Positions 1-16,830 of a DNA stretch of 64,000 bases are shown here, one piece after another. The notes under the pieces are model-generated. The model did no database searches, was not told the origin of the DNA, and saw nothing but the letters and a program-made list of their open reading frames with translations. This DNA comes from Octopus vulgaris (lineage: Eukaryota). The position numbers and the translations under genes were made by a program. Numbering within the stretch: the stretch's first letter is position 1; the number at the start of each line of letters is the position of its first letter. The DNA lies in assembly GCA_951406725.2 (NCBI GenBank), contig OX597827.1, positions 28,644,001-28,708,000 on the forward strand. The letters run 5' to 3'.

Positions 1-434
1 AGACTATGGAACGAGAAACGATGATCAAGAAACTTAATTAGCGTTTTCCTTCCATGTTACAATTTCCTGTGATCTACCGATTTCCTCTGATCAACATATT
101 CGCTGTTGGCACCAATTTCCGAAAATCAATATTTTCATGCGGTCCACAATTTCCTTCTATCAACAAGGTTTCGTAGTTGCATATCAGCACGCCTAAGCTT
201 AAACATCACTTTTCCTGCTTCAGACCCTTCCAGACCCGCGCATCTCCACCAATCAAGCTGAAATCGTTTAAGGTACATTATCAATGATCAATAGCATAAC
301 TAGAAAAATAAAATCGAATTTTGAAAATAAATTCCTGGATTTATTTTAAATTTTTTCACACTACTATAGCCTCGAGCAGATTGGATTAGGTAGACGCAAA
401 CTGAAGAGAAGCTATTCGTATATATATATATATA

Positions 435-586
435 TTCTAGCAAAAACTGTCCGACGAACGGGAACGTGAAACTCAGAGTAACAGGTTTTGTTGTATTTTC
501 TGCTGCTTTTAAATAAAACATATTACTCTACCCCTGGTATTAGAGTACTCTTTTTTCCACCTTGTTTCACATTTATGTGTTTACTC
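435..586 (+). mobile_element. Penelope pLTR/retrozyme-like non-coding element, family H1 (fragment)
   Basis: Closely matches 54737-54891 and 30276-30475; flanked by (TA)n. Confidence 0.75.
442..489 (+). ncRNA. Type I hammerhead ribozyme motif (H1; core variant CCGACGA)
   Basis: AAAACTGT-CCGACGA-ACG(GGAA)CGT-GAAA-CTCAGAG-TA-ACAGGTTTT: stems I, II and III all pair; U4C change in the core. Confidence 0.7.
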
Positions 587-614
587 ATTTATGTATATGT
601 ATATATATATACAT

Positions 615-677
<63 letters not shown>

Positions 678-1310
678 TATATGTATGTATGTATATGTAT
701 GTATATGTACGTATGTATGTATGTATGTATGTATGTATGCATTTTTGTGTCTGTGTTTCCCCCATCACTGCTCGACAATCGATGTTGATGTACTTGCGTC
801 CCCCGTAACTAAGAAATTGGGCAAAAGAGACCGATAGAACTAGTACCGGGCTTAAAAAGTTAAGTGCTGTGGTCGTTTCGTTCCACTAAAACTCGTCAAG
901 GCGCTGCTCCACCATGGCCTCAGTCAGATACCTGAAAAAAGTAAAAGAATAAAAGAAAGAATTTCTTATCGTTATTGTGGGATTTCAGTTACCGCTGATG
1001 TTGTTATTATTGTTGTTATTGTTAGTGTTGTTGTCCTTGTTGTTGCTGTCGTTATTTAACCATAATTTAATCTGAATGAGGAGGTACAAATGTCGAAAGA
1101 TCGAACGCTTTTCGATTTCCACCTCACCGTTTTCGTTTTTCTTTCTTTTTTTTTTTTTTGGCTACACACAACATTTTCCAATATATCCACCCACTTCTTT
1201 CTGAGAGAGTGGGAGATGTAATTTTAAGAAAATGTGTCTCATGTAACATTTCGATGCTCGATCTTGCGGGTGTTTCCTTTCGCCAAAGTTGGTAGTGCTA
1301 GGATTTTCTA

Positions 1311-2067
1311 CCTTGTTCATTTCGGACGTTAGGATTGCTTGCACGGACCCATACGACAAACCAACAACGTCAGAAACGTCAATGGTTGATCCCTTTCGAT
1401 CCTCATGCACAAGCTGATGAATTTTCTCCACATTTCAGGGGATCACCTCTGCGGCAGGTCTTTCGTCTTCCAGGGATATTCTTCAGCTTCTAAAGCGCCC
1501 GTACCACTCGACACACTGCGTACGACCCATTGTCTCGTTGCTGTAAGCATGATCAATATTTCTGTAGAGATACCTCTCAAGTGTAACGCAAAATTTCACG
1601 TCGGTTCTTTGTTCCTGTCCACGACATAAATTGCAGATTAAGGCATACAAGTGATCACAAAAACAAACTTTTCGCAACTTGCGAAGTAAACACAGCGACG
1701 TCACTCGCACACCGGCTCGTGAAGGAAATCACAAGCCTTCACGACGCACGCGACGCTGAGCTGCCATCGGTTGGTGCGCTACAGAACTATTCCGGGAACT
1801 AGGCGGCGAGCTGGCAGAAACGTTAGCACGCCTGGCGAAATGCGTAGCCGTATTTCGTCAAGCCGTTACGTTCTGGGTTCAAATTCCGCCGAGGTCGACT
1901 TTGCCTTTCATCCTTTCGGGGTTGATAAATTAAGTACCAGTTACGCACTGAGGTCGATGTAATCGACTTAATCCGTTTGTCTGTCCTTGTTTGTCCTCTC
2001 TGTGTTTAGCCCCTTATAGGCAATAAAAAATAAGAACTTGTCCGGGAACTTTTTGATACACCTCGTA
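1311..2067 (-). mobile_element. mariner transposon 5' fragment (TIR plus N-terminal HTH of transposase, pseudogenised)
   Basis: Minus frames give EQRTDVKFCV...AYSNETMGRTQCVEWYGRF and EKIHQLVHEDR...VVGLSYGSVQAILT; terminus TACGAGGTGTATCAAAAAGTT at 2067. Confidence 0.85.
1801..2032 (+). mobile_element. SINE family A (tRNA-like head, GCCTTTCATCCTTTCGGGG core) inserted in the mariner end
   Basis: AGGCGGCGAGCTGGCAGAAACGTTAG head, B-box-like GGGTTCAAATTCC; 18-bp TSD AGAACT(AT/TG)TCCGGGAACT at 1783-1800 and 2033-2050. Confidence 0.9.
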
Positions 2068-2297
2068 TCTTATGATCTTAAAAGAGTAAGAAAAGCCTAG
2101 ATGAGGAATATAATGCATTTATTGTCCGTCAATTCGATAATTATTTAGAAATTTTGTTGAGATCGAGGTTAAGCAATATAAGTGAGCGGTTCGGAGCCGA
2201 AGGTATTGGCACAGTCCCTGTTCTTATAGAGTTTCTAAGGTTTTACATGTCTATCTTACACATTTGTGGTCTTAAAGACATAAAGCAATATAATATG

Positions 2298-2510
2298 TAA
2301 CTTGGCAGAAACGTTAGCACGCTGGGTGAAATGCTTAGCGGTATTTCGTCCGTCATTACGTTCTTGCTTTCAAATTCCGCCAAGGTCGACTTTGCCTTTC
2401 TTCTTTTCGGGTTCGATAAATTAAATACCACTTACGTACTGGAGTCGATCTAATCGCCTAGCTCCCTCACCAAAACTTTCAGGCCACGTGCTTACAGTAG
2501 GAAATAATAT
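2298..2510 (+). mobile_element. SINE family A
   Basis: TGGCAGAAACGTTAGCACG...GTCGACTTTGCCTTTC...GATAAATTAAATACCA. Confidence 0.85.
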
Positions 2511-2550
2511 TGTATGTAACTATGTTACAGAGTACTGTACAAAAAAGATT

Positions 2551-2855
2551 GTTGTTTGTTCCTTCTCGAGCCACGCCTGGCTGATAGGGCCGGTTTCCCG
2601 GTTTCCTTGGCGTATAGGTTCCCCACCTGGATGAGACGCCGGTCCGTCGCAGTTGAGCTGCAAGATGCAGGAGGAAAGAGTGAGAGAAAGTTGTGGCAAA
2701 AGAGTCAGCAGAGATTTCGCCATTACCTTCTGCCGGAGTCGCGTGGAGCTTAGGTGTTTCGCTCATAAACACACACATCGCCCGGTCTGAGATTCGAACC
2801 AGCGATCGCTCGACCGTGAGTCCGCTGCTCTAACCACTAGGCCATATACCTCCAC
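2551..2855 (-). mobile_element. tRNA-derived SINE family C (GTGGAGG head), V-SINE-like tail variant
   Basis: Minus strand GTGGAGGTATATGGCCTAGTGGTTAGAGCAGCGGACTC...GGTTCGAATCTC; 12-bp TSD ACAAAAAAGATT at 2539-2550 and 2856-2867. Confidence 0.9.
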
Positions 2856-3195
2856 ACAAAAAAGATTAGCTCTTTCAAAGATTTCTGAGCTATTAGGAAA
2901 AGCATGAAAGCCATATCTTCCACCTTTTCTTCTCAGTTTAATTACATAGACTTCATGCCTGGATTTAAAGTAATATATAATGGCTTTCTGGATATAAAGG
3001 AACTAAAAGAGGGCAACGAAAGTCTATTGCATGCAAAGTAACCAAATAACCATTCCTCTCCTCTTTTCTCCACCTCTCTCTCTCCCTTTCTTATTTCATC
3101 TGTCCCTCTCCCTTTCTCTCTTTCTATCTCTCTCTATTTTTTGTTCAAAAATGTGTACCTTCACTCCATTCTTGTAACTGATAAATGTTTAGTTA

Positions 3196-3598
3196 TAGGC
3201 TCAGGAGTAGCTGTATAGTAAGTAGCTTGCTTACCAACCACATGGTACCGGGTTCAGTCCTACTGCGTGGCACCTTGGGCAAGTGACTTCTACTATAGCC
3301 TCGGGCCGACTAAAGCCTTGTGAGTAGATTTGGTGGACAGAAACTGAAAGAAGCTCGTCGTATACATGTGTGTGTGTGTGTGTTTGTGTGTCTGTATTTG
3401 CCCCCCCCCCCCAACATCGCTTGACCACCGATGCTGGTGTGTTTACGTCCCCGTAACTTAGCGGTTCGGCAAAAGAGACCGATAGAATAAGTACTAAGCT
3501 TACAAAGGATAAGTCCTGGGGTCGATTAGCTCGATTAAAGGCGGTGCTCCAGCTTGGCCGCAGTCAAATGACTGAAACAAGTAAAAGAGTAAAAGAGT
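3196..3598 (+). mobile_element. SINE family B, full length
   Basis: TAGGCTCAGGAGTAGCTG...GGGTTCAGTCC...CCTTGGGCAAGT, internal (TG)n, tail GAAACAAGTAAAAGAGTAAAAGAG; many copies in window. Confidence 0.9.
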
Positions 3599-3821
3599 AT
3601 GTGGCTCGTCGAAGATGGTGAAATAGCTGAACTGTTAGCGTGACGGATGAAATGGACAGCGGCACTTCTGTATCTTTACCTTGAGTTCGATTTCCATCGA
3701 GGTCGAATTCGCTTTTGATCCTCTCAGGAACCGCAAATGAGGTCCTATCTTTGCACTGGGATCGATCTAATCGACTTATCCTCTTCCTCTCCCCTAAAAA
3801 GTTGGACTTGAACATATTTGT

Positions 3822-4131
3822 GTGTGGAGAAACATGGCCTAATGGTTTGAGTAGCGGACTCGCGGTTGAGGGATCGCGGGTTCGAATCTCAGACAGGGTG
3901 ATGTGTGTGTTTATGAGCGAAACACCTAAGCTCCACCCAGCTCCGGCAGAAGGTAATGGCGAACTTCTTCTCATTACTTCATCACAACTTTCTCTCACTC
4001 TTTCCTCCTGCATCCAGCAGCTCATCTGAGACTGACGGGCGTCCCGTCCATGTAGGGGAACCTGTACGCCAATGAAAGCGGAAACCGGCCCTTATGAGCC
4101 AGGCGTGGATCGAGAAGGAACCAACAACAAC
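3822..4131 (+). mobile_element. SINE family C (V-like tail)
   Basis: Same sequence as 2551-2855 in opposite orientation; ends GAGAAGGAACCAACAACAA. Confidence 0.85.
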
Positions 4132-4255
4132 CACACGTATTTGTGTACGTCAGCGTGCTTGCATGAGTCGTTCTACACTGCTTCAGGCAAAGGAACTTAC
4201 CAAAATCTCTTAAACAATAATTTCTTTGTCATCGCTATCCAGAGCTATACAATAT

Positions 4256-4574
4256 CTAGTACATTATTTACATTATTTACATTTCACGGATATTTGTCCT
4301 CATCTTGTTTGTTGTTAACTCCAAGATTTCGAGTTAGATTCCAGGCAGTGACACGAATAATAATAATAATAATAATAATGATAGTAGTAGTAGTAGTAGT
4401 AGTAGAACCCAGGTTCGAAATTTCCCCAAGGCTCCTGATAAAGTCTGGTGAGTATATCAGCTGAAACGTTGTGTTAACAACAAACATGATGAGGACAAAT
4501 ATCCGTCAAATGTAAATAATGTAAGTAATGTAAATAATATACACAATTCCTCATCTCTTAAATATAGAACTGTA
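4256..4574 (+). mobile_element. Penelope pLTR-like element, family H2 (partial inverted repeat)
   Basis: 4261-4319 is the reverse complement of about 4473-4530; homologous to 7043-7304. Confidence 0.75.
4430..4475 (+). ncRNA. Degenerate minimal type I hammerhead (H2)
   Basis: CTGATAA-AGTCTG...CAGCT-GAAA-CG-TT-GTG; G8A in the core; homologous to 7209-7253. Confidence 0.5.
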
Positions 4575-4744
4575 AAATATTTAGTGTTGTGATTACTGTT
4601 TCATTTGAAAACTCCCTTATGAAACCTACGACATGACTGTTGTGATAAGTATCGGAGCTTAACCATCGTGTTTTTTTTTTGTTTGTTTTTTTGTCAGTTA
4701 TTTGAGATCTCGCTACGCTGAGTCGTAAAATCCTGTTAAACCAA

Positions 4745-5100
4745 CGTCCGAAACGTTTCTCTCTCGATTAGAGCCATTCCATTTCAATCTCTCGAATAAA
4801 GCTCATGTGAATATCGAGCGCATGAAATTATTTCTCGACATGGCATTATGCCGAATATCTCCTGTATCACTTTTAAATTGGACTTTTGGATATCCATATA
4901 CCAATCGCCGGTCATAATGCACTTCAGTTCTTCCTGTGAATGTATCCTTCTCCGCCATTTGAAACCGAATCGTTTGACAATGTTGTAACATGAGATCACT
5001 TGGATAATACTCGAAAACCGCATTGATTCCCCTATTGTGTGTAAATTCTTCGGAGTCCCAGTCGTCAGTCTCATAAATCGTAATATGCGAACAAAAAAAA
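4745..5100 (-). pseudogene. Probable piggyBac-type transposase fragment
   Basis: Minus frames give EELKCIM...GYPK...DIRHNAMSRNNF, resembling the piggyBac/PGBD (N/A)MSRNRF motif; frameshifted. Confidence 0.5.
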
Positions 5101-5209
5101 TATGGATTCGTTTGAGGAAAATAATAAGCATTTCTAATATGCATAGAAGACGAAAAGGTTTTGGTGAAGGATTTAATCGATTCGATTGATTTCATTATAT
5201 GAATAATTG

Positions 5210-5430
5210 TTAAGCCAGCGAGCTGGCAGACTCGTTAGCACGTCGAGCTAAATACTTAGCGCTACTTCTTCTGCCGCTACGTTCTGAGTTCAAATTCCAC
5301 CGGGGTCGACTTTGCCTTTCATTCTTTCGGGATCGATAAATTAAGTTAGTAGTGAAACATTGGAATCGGTGTATTCGACCAGTTCTTTCTCCACAAATTT
5401 CAGGCCTTGTGCCTATAGTAGAAATGATTA
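5210..5430 (+). mobile_element. SINE family A
   Basis: GCGAGCTGGCAGACTCGTTAGCACG...GAGTTCAAATTCC...GTCGACTTTGCCTTTCATT. Confidence 0.85.
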
Positions 5431-5779
5431 TATGAATAATTGTTATTTTAACGACACTTGACAATTGAAGGCGAAGTGTATTTGGTGGAATTCGAAACTA
5501 TAATGTAGATGGCTGTAATCGAACATCGTAAGAAATTGCTCTGCCTGTAGCACCGATTATGTGTACTGGACGTAGTGTGGCATTGGAGAAAAGTAGACAG
5601 CTACTAAAAAAAGAAACGAGAAAATGAAAGCATAGAAAAAAGATGTGATCAAGAACTTGCTGAGAATTGAAACAGAACCTCTATGACCATAAGTTAGAAA
5701 TTTAGTAGATAACTTCGCTAAAAAAAAATAAACGCAAGCGCAGTCAAATTTACAATGCGGAAGCACTCATACAAATATA

Positions 5780-5841
<62 letters not shown>

Positions 5842-6015
5842 TATGTATGTGTCTGTGTGTGTGTAATATATATATATATATAATGCATACATACATATGC
5901 ATGTACTTCGATAGAGAAAATCCTTATATTATCACTTGTATGTATTCACACAGCCAAAGGATATATATTTATATATGAGTCCGTTGAGACATGCATTTAT
6001 CATAAACATACACAA

Positions 6016-6084
<69 letters not shown>

Positions 6085-6117
6085 CATTCATATATACACA
6101 CAGATCTCTATATCTAT

Positions 6118-6189
<72 letters not shown>

Positions 6190-6476
6190 TCACACACTAA
6201 TATGATGTGCTGTGTGTTAATGTTTTATTGATTTTCTGTAAAAATTTAAATGAAGTTATTCAATTTCAGACAGTCATAAACATTTCAGCAATAAAGAATG
6301 TCCAATCATTTTGACATATACATACATGCATGAATAGACACACTCTCACACATACATGCATACATACAAACATACACACACACGGATAGATAGACAGGTA
6401 GTTGGACAGACAGATGCTAATCATTTTCCTCTGTTTACACGTTCATACGCATATGTTTATATATCTGTGTGTGTAC

Positions 6477-6542
<66 letters not shown>

Positions 6543-6550
6543 CATATATT

Positions 6551-6584
<34 letters not shown>

Positions 6585-6610
6585 TACATATATTTATATA
6601 TATGTGTATA

Positions 6611-6663
<53 letters not shown>

Positions 6664-7042
6664 TTATTTATTCGTATGTATGTATGTACATATGTATGTA
6701 TATATGTATGCACATACAAACACACGAAGATAATTATTATGAGTGTCAGCTGAATATTCATTCACTGCTGGAATAAAAAATAATTTTCTGTACTAAACCG
6801 AAATTGTTTAGTTACAGAATAAAATCGTTACTTTATGACGAAAGGTGATGAGTTCGAACGAAAAGTACAGATGATACAAGCCTGAGGACCTGAGAACATG
6901 GTTTTCATGTATCTGTGATGTTCACTTTTGCACTACGTTTCAATAGCTTTGATTTTCAGTCATCCTCAAATGTCTTAAACTTACTCCTGGCAATTCCAAC
7001 AGGAAATTCTATCAACGAAATTATTCAAGAGAATATGAATAC

Positions 7043-7304
7043 TACCGTCCTATATTTTAGAGATAAGGAATTGAGTACACTATTTACATTGGACGGATGT
7101 TTTATCCCCATCTTGTTTGCTGTTACCACAACGTTTCGGCTGATGTACTCTCCAGCCTTCAGAGTATCCCAGTTGTCAAATAAAGGGTTGGGATCGAAAT
7201 TCCACCAGGGCACCTGATGAAGGCTGGAGAGTAGATCAGCCGAAGCGTTGTGGTAACAACAAACAAGATGAGTATACATATTAGTCCAATGTAAATAATG
7301 TACT
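7043..7304. mobile_element. Penelope pLTR-like palindromic element, family H2
   Basis: Arms about 7074-7161 and 7218-7304 are reverse complements; each carries the hammerhead stem II/GAAA half. Confidence 0.8.
7209..7253 (+). ncRNA. Minimal type I hammerhead (H2)
   Basis: CAC-CTGATGA-A-GGCTG(GAGAGTAGAT)CAGCC-GAAG-CG-TT-GTG; the opposite arm keeps GAAACGTT; stem I is CAC/GTG. Confidence 0.7.
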
Positions 7305-7332
7305 ATGACTAATTGAAGAAGAAGAAGAAGAA

Positions 7333-7386
<54 letters not shown>

Positions 7387-7392
7387 GAAGAA

Positions 7393-8854
7393 TCAAAATT
7401 CAATGACTAGGGAAAGGATCAGAAAAGAATGTTATCGCAAGGGAAGGGCTATTCTCACGACAGAGCTGAATACAAAAACAGGATCGAAGCGATCAATACT
7501 TTAGCCATACCAGTCGTGACTTACAGTTTGATTATCATTATCTGGTCAATTACTGAAATATGTAATCTTGACAGAAAAATACGAAAATTGTTGACAATGC
7601 ATAGAATGCACCACCCTAATGCAGATATAGAACGACTTTACCTGCCTAGAAGAGAGGGTAACCGTGGACTTTTACAACTGGAATTAACAATGTAGATTGC
7701 CACAATTGGCTACAATACGTACCTGGAAAACTCTAATGACTGGATGTTAAAACTTGTCTTAAAGCATGAAAAGAAGAAAGCATCAAACTCTGTAACAAAA
7801 TAGGCAAAGTAATATCTAAGTGAATTCCAAATACAACAAATACAAGCAAAGAAAAAGCTAAGCGCATGAAAACCCGTGCTAAAACTGCTGCCTTAGATAT
7901 TCTTACTGATAAATAGCAAAATAAAATGCCTCTCAATGGCAAATACCCAAAGAGAACGAATAATGCCGATGTTGACAAAGCACTTACCCATCAATGGTTA
8001 GTGTCATCTGGCTTGAAATCAGAAACAGGAGTGTTTATCATAGCAGTCTAAGATCGATGCCTACCTACAAGGAGCCACGAGGCCAACATATTAAAGAACT
8101 GCAGTAGCCCAACATGCTGTGCATGTAAACAACAAAATGAAGCCATTGATCATGTCTCCAAGTGTAGTCTTCTTGCGCCTACAGAGTATCTCATCAGGCA
8201 TGATAGAGCAACACAATATATTCACTCGGTACTTAGCAAAAACTTGGACCTCTCCCATGAAAAAAACTGGTGGGAACACAAACCACCCCCAGTGCTTGCA
8301 AATGATCACATCTCACTCCTCTGGAATGTCACCGTTCAAACTGACAGAAAGATAAATGCGAATAGACCAGACGTAATATTGAAAGACATCAGACAAAGAA
8401 CATGCCTCCTCATTGATATGACTGTCCCAATCGATATAAACGTATCTGTCAAGATCTACCAAAAACTGAGCAAGTATAAAGATCTTGAAATAGAAATTGG
8501 CAAAATGTAGAACCTCAAGACTAAATCAATGTCTGTTGTCGTAGGTGCCCTAGGAATGATAGCAAACGGGGCTGATTCCTTCTTATCCCAGATATCAGGA
8601 AACTTCAATATGGCAGAAATTCAAAAGATAGTGCTCATGGGAACTGCCCGTATCCTACGCAAAACACCATCAATGTAATCTCAAATTTTAAAACAAACTT
8701 ATAATTTTCTTACGTTTTGTTATGTTTCTTTGTGCAAAACTAAATATATGACACCCTAGGCACAACAGCAACATGAACTTCTAACCTGTTGTCTCTTGAG
8801 GTCTCTGGGTAAGATTTGGAGTCAACTTGTACACATACAAAGCAAAAGTCAAAC

Positions 8855-8855
<1 letters not shown>
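7393..8855 (+). mobile_element. R4/Dong-like non-LTR retrotransposon, 5'-truncated and decayed (RT C-terminus, Zn knuckle, REL endonuclease)
   Basis: AINTLAIPVVTYS, MHHPNADIERLYLPRREGNRGL, NRPDVILKD...LLIDMTVP...KLSKYKDL; ends in (AAT)n. Confidence 0.9.
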
Positions 8856-8902
<47 letters not shown>

Positions 8903-8926
8903 TTAATAATAATAATAATAATAATA

Positions 8927-9150
8927 AAAGTGATACCAGTGGTGATCGGAGCGTTGGGCTCAATCCCATTGAAACTTCATATAAGGCGACTGGAAATCCT
9001 ATGCAAGATTGATGTCTAGCAAAAAGTATCCTTACTCGGCACAGCGCACATCTTAAGGAAGGTATTAGCTGTCTGCGGTCCTTGTTGTGACTTGACAGAT
9101 GACTAAAGACTCCGGTGCATTTTACCTACAATGTGTTACGAAGGAATAAT
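8927..9150 (+). mobile_element. Short 3' fragment of a second Dong-like subfamily
   Basis: KVIPVVIGALG...LLGTAHILRKVL; flanked by (AAT)n. Confidence 0.75.
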
Positions 9151-9151
9151 G

Positions 9152-9630
<479 letters not shown>

Positions 9631-11000
9631 AAAAGAATAATAATAATTTACTTTATTTCCCAGTAAGACTGAGGATGAACAACGACAACAACAACAACAA
9701 TAACATCAACAGCATCAGGCATTAAGTTTTTTGTTGTTTTTCTTTTTTGCTAAAATACGTATGCATGTAGCATCTAACCGAAATATTTTTTGTAAATATA
9801 ACGTAGAAGACTATTTGAAATTCCAGAGAACGAAACGTGAAATATTTTCTTAAAGAAAGAAAGCCTTTTTTTTTTTTTCAGAAATAGCGTGGGATTATGT
9901 AAGATTTAAAGACATAATTACAGACACCATCAGGGTTAATGGTGTTTGGTTGGAACTGTACATTATTACATCTTGAAAGAATAGAAGAATCCATTAATTC
10001 CAGAAACGTCCTTGATACATACACACACACATACATACATACATACACGCATGCATTATGCGCATATTTATATATGTGTGTATTTATGTAAGAGAGTGAA
10101 AGAGAGGCTTTAAGAGTAAGTTGTGTATAGTATTAGCACTATTTATGCTACGATGCATCACTTCAATTGCATTAGTTGCACTTGTGCTCTACTTGTCTTC
10201 AATCGAACGATCAATATTCCTGAACACTCATTAGTAAGATCGATACGAAAACATATAAAAAGAAATTCAGTTTGAAATCGGAATAAAGAGTATTACATAT
10301 ATATATATATATATATATATATGCATGTATGTATATGTATATATATATATATGTATGTATATATATATATACATACATACATACATACATATATACATAT
10401 ACACATGCATATATATATATATATATACATACATACATATATGCATACATATATATATGCATGTATGTATGTATATATGCATGTATGTATATATGTATGT
10501 ATGTATGCATTGCTGTATGTATTCATCTAAATATGCATTTAATAACTTATGTAGATATGTACTCCCATATATATAACTGCATATATTTATTTGTATATCT
10601 TTATATATATTCACACACACACACTCATACATACGTATATATATCTGTGTGTGTATGAGTATGTGTAGGCGGGTGTGTGTGTAGGTGTGTATGTGTGTGT
10701 GTGTTTAGGTGCATTCATAAATATATAAACACAAATATACATACGTGTATTTCTGTGTACGAGTTACACTTCTTTTTCATTTAAGAGGAAAAAAAAAAGA
10801 GAAAAATGTATATTAAGAGGTACATGCGCGCGCACACACACACAAACGCACACACAGATACACACACACATTTCTTGTACAGAAAAGAAGAAGTCTTTTG
10901 AAAATATATAACCTAAAATAAAGAAAAACTTCCTTAGAACGCAGAAACGACGGGAAAGTTGAAAGTTGCACAGCTTACGTTTGTAGGAGAAAATGCGGTA

Positions 11001-11067
11001 CTTCTTTTTCCTCTTCTTCTTCGTCTTCTTCTTCTTCTTATTATTATTATTATTATTTTTATTATTA

Positions 11068-11146
<79 letters not shown>

Positions 11147-11272
11147 CATTATTATTATTGCTATTGCAGTTATTGTTGTTGTTGTGGTAGCGGCGGTTAT
11201 TACTATTATTATTATTATTATTATTATTATCATTATTATCATTGTTATTTATTATTATTATCATTATCACTA

Positions 11273-11343
<71 letters not shown>

Positions 11344-11818
11344 GCTATTGTTATTGTTGTTCTTGTGGTGGCGGCGGTTATTACTATTATTATTATTATC
11401 ATTATTATCATTGTTATTTATTATTATTATTATTATCGTTATTATTATTATTTTTATAATTATTATTTTTATTATTATTATTACTATTATTATTATCATT
11501 ATTATCATTGTTATCTATTATTATTATTATTATTATTATCTTTATTATTATTATTATTGTTGTTATTATTATTATTATTACTATTATTATTATCATTATT
11601 ATCAATGTTATTTATTATTATTATCGTTATTATTGTCATTATTATTATTATTGTTATCGTTATTATTATTATCATTATTATTATTATTATTATTATTATC
11701 ATCATCATCATCATCATTATTATTATTATTATTGTTATTATTATTATTATTATTACTATTTTTATTATTATTATTATTATTATCAATATTATTATTATTA
11801 TTATTATTATTATTATCT
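11001..11818. repeat. Compound (TTC)n/(TTA)n microsatellite with an internal higher-order duplication
   Basis: About 800 bp of TTA triplets; block GCTATTG...GTGG(T/C)(A/G)GCGGCGGTTATTACT recurs near 11160 and 11345. Confidence 0.95.
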
Positions 11819-12266
11819 TTCGTGCTGTGTCGTTGTTCTATGTTGATATTAATATTGTTATTTTTATTATTACTATTAGTAAGATTATTTTTTTAAATAC
11901 TACTAATACTAATCGCGAAGTAGTATTTAAAGAAAAATATTTGTGGAAGCAGAAATAATAATACTAACCATCTTGAAAATAAATGAAATTTTATGTGGTT
12001 AAAAGAAATAAATTTGCTGTTAGCTAAAGAAAGAGAAGTAAATCGAAGAAAAAGAAAGAGTAAAATGAAGGAGAAAGAAATTGAAAGAGAGGGAAGAATG
12101 AGACCAAGGGAGAAATACAATAAAGGAGAGAAAGAGATTGAGTGAGAGAGAGAGAGAATAAAGATTTTGGGAGAGAGAGAAACTCAATATATGGAAATAA
12201 AAATGTTAATAGATAGAGAAATGAGGACATTGTGTGTATATGTGCGTGAGTGTGTGTGCACGCGTA

Positions 12267-12302
<36 letters not shown>

Positions 12303-12454
12303 TGTCTGTATGTGTGTGAGTGTGGTTGCAAACGCCTGTGTTTGTGATAGAGGGCGGGTTGAGTATTGAGATTAAATTATTCCCTAGGGGCGAATACGTG
12401 TAAGGGAATAATACTAAATGAAATGATGATGCACACAAGACAGCAAAGATAATA

Positions 12455-12653
12455 ATGATTTCAAATTTTGGCACAAGGCCAGAAATTTAAGGGCAAGGGG
12501 TAAGTCGATGACATCTAAGGTTCATATGGTACTCAATTACTTCAATCCCGAATGGATGAAAGGCAAAGTCGAGCTCGGCGGAATGTGAACACAGAACGTA
12601 AAAACAGACGAAATGTCGATAAGCATTTTGCCCGGCGTGCTAAAGGTTCTGCC

Positions 12654-12655
<2 letters not shown>
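12455..12655 (-). mobile_element. SINE family A
   Basis: GGATGAAAGGCAAAGTCGA...GGCGTGCTAAAGGTTCTGCCA. Confidence 0.8.
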
Positions 12656-12718
<63 letters not shown>

Positions 12719-12741
12719 TGATGATAATAATAATAATAATT

Positions 12742-13312
12742 ATAAAAGACGCCACGACCATATCGCAAGGCTTGTCCATTGGACACTTTGCAACAAGTAT
12801 GGACTTGACAGAGCAAAAAATTGGTACGACCACAAACCCAAAGGCATCATCGAAAATGATAATGCAAAGATCCTGTGAGATTTTATGATTCAGTGCAACC
12901 ATGCGTTAGAGCATAGAGAGCCAGACATAGTCTTAATTCAGAAAGAAAGCAAACGATGCTTGATCATAGATATAGCATGCCCAGCTGACAACAAGTTATG
13001 CGATAAGGAAGAAAGAAAAATCGATAGATATGATAGGTTAGCTTGGGAGGTTAAGCAGTTATGGCCGATGAAAAAGATGGTAGTAGTGCCAAAAATTGTC
13101 GGAGCCCTCGTAACGGTGAGTAAAAATCTTGATAACTACGTGGAACAAATAGGGGCTGCAATAAGGGTGGAGCACTTTCAGAAAACAGCACTGCTTGGAA
13201 CAGCTCGGATACTCCGGAAGGTGCTCGAAAAATAAGAGGCGTTACGTTAGTTCACTGATAGTGAACAGCTGACACCGTAGAACATCTCCAGCGTTAAAAG
13301 CTGTGCAAAGGC

Positions 13313-13315
<3 letters not shown>
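12742..13315 (+). mobile_element. Dong-like 3' fragment (REL endonuclease domain)
   Basis: YKRRHDHIARLVHW...REPDIVLIQKESKRCLIIDIACP...IVGAL...LLGTARILRKVL; (AAT)n on both sides. Confidence 0.9.
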
Positions 13316-13365
<50 letters not shown>

Positions 13366-13370
13366 GGATG

Positions 13371-16812
<3,442 letters not shown>

Positions 16813-16830
16813 AATAATAATAGTAATACT

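Larger units (their letters stand above)
355..960 (+). mobile_element. SINE family B copy, split at its internal (TA)n tract by a hammerhead-bearing element
   Basis: 5' part CTACTATAGCCTCG...AAACTGAAGAGAAG (360-420) and 3' part CCCGTAACT...GGCAAAAGAGACCGATAGAA...AAGTAAAAGA (760-960) match the intact copy at 3196-3598. Confidence 0.75.

Noticed and set aside
2780-2855. tRNA gene (also other SINE heads)
   Set aside because: A/B-box-like heads continue into SINE bodies with TSDs; no complete cloverleaf with acceptor stem.
6928-6975. Possible minus-strand hammerhead (CAT-TTGAGGA...GAAACGTA-GTG)
   Set aside because: Stem II does not pair convincingly and no second copy or repeat architecture supports it.
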